Assembly (NCBI GenBank): GCA_965214095.1
Contig: OZ243938.1
Span: 2,624,001-2,688,000, forward strand
DNA: 64,000 nt
Origin: Candidatus Poribacteria bacterium
GTDB lineage: Bacteria > Poribacteria > WGA-4E > WGA-3G
Direction of reading: 5' to 3'
Shown: piece after piece, positions 63,936 to 64,000 of the stretch
Position numbering within the stretch: the stretch's first letter is position 1
Layout of the letters: each line of letters opens with the position of its first letter
Made by a program: the position numbers and the translations under genes
The notes under the pieces: model-generated
The model's database searches: none
The model's input: the letters and a program-made list of their open reading frames with translations, nothing else
Told to the model about the DNA's origin: nothing

Positions 63936-64000
63936 TTAACTTTCTCTTTCCTCTTCAATTCTTGCGTGTTCAATGTAGTGATCTAATGCCTCCACATATT
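63936..64000 (-). CDS. 3' end of a gene continuing beyond the window
   Basis: Open frame ...YVEALDHYIEHARIEEERES* ending 21 nt before the vWA gene start. Confidence 0.5.
   Translation of the reverse strand, partial: YVEALDHYIEHARIEEERES

Overview
Bacterial chromosomal window, mostly housekeeping and envelope genes. There is no rRNA, tRNA, CRISPR array or prophage that I can support. Left to right: gyrB (5'-partial)-gyrA-TPR-metalloprotease-BNR propeller; lipoprotein; orphan degenerate HEPN; quinone oxidoreductase; a 2151-aa PorU/C25-peptidase-like protein next to a PorV-like barrel; a peptidoglycan-salvage operon (serine hydrolase-namZ-anmK); dnaE; aldo-keto reductase; DUF4377 lipoprotein and PIN toxin-antitoxin pair; acnA; two NPCBM paralogues; ndk; cupin; LamG protein; pgi; NtrY/NtrX-like two-component pair; pseudopilin and pilD; truncated IS200-type TnpA; nitroreductase; amidohydrolase; TPR lipoprotein; hslVU; ArsA/GET3-like ATPase; a large primase-polymerase/helicase-like gene split by one in-frame TGA; and a Planctomycete-style vWA/prenyltransferase-repeat operon running off the right edge. 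Three unrelated-domain secreted proteins end in the same VE[PA]xxKLxTxWxx[LI]K tail, which I associate with Candidatus Poribacteria (inference, not checked). Main leads: (1) a type IX-like export/attachment module (PorU+PorV) co-occurring with a short non-canonical C-terminal tail that may be a second sorting signal; (2) the solo, motif-degenerate Prim-Pol/SF2-helicase/wHTH gene bracketed by REP-containing miniature elements; (3) several families of intergenic GTAG-REP/MITE elements and heptamer arrays; (4) a gyrase lacking both canonical quinolone-binding residues.
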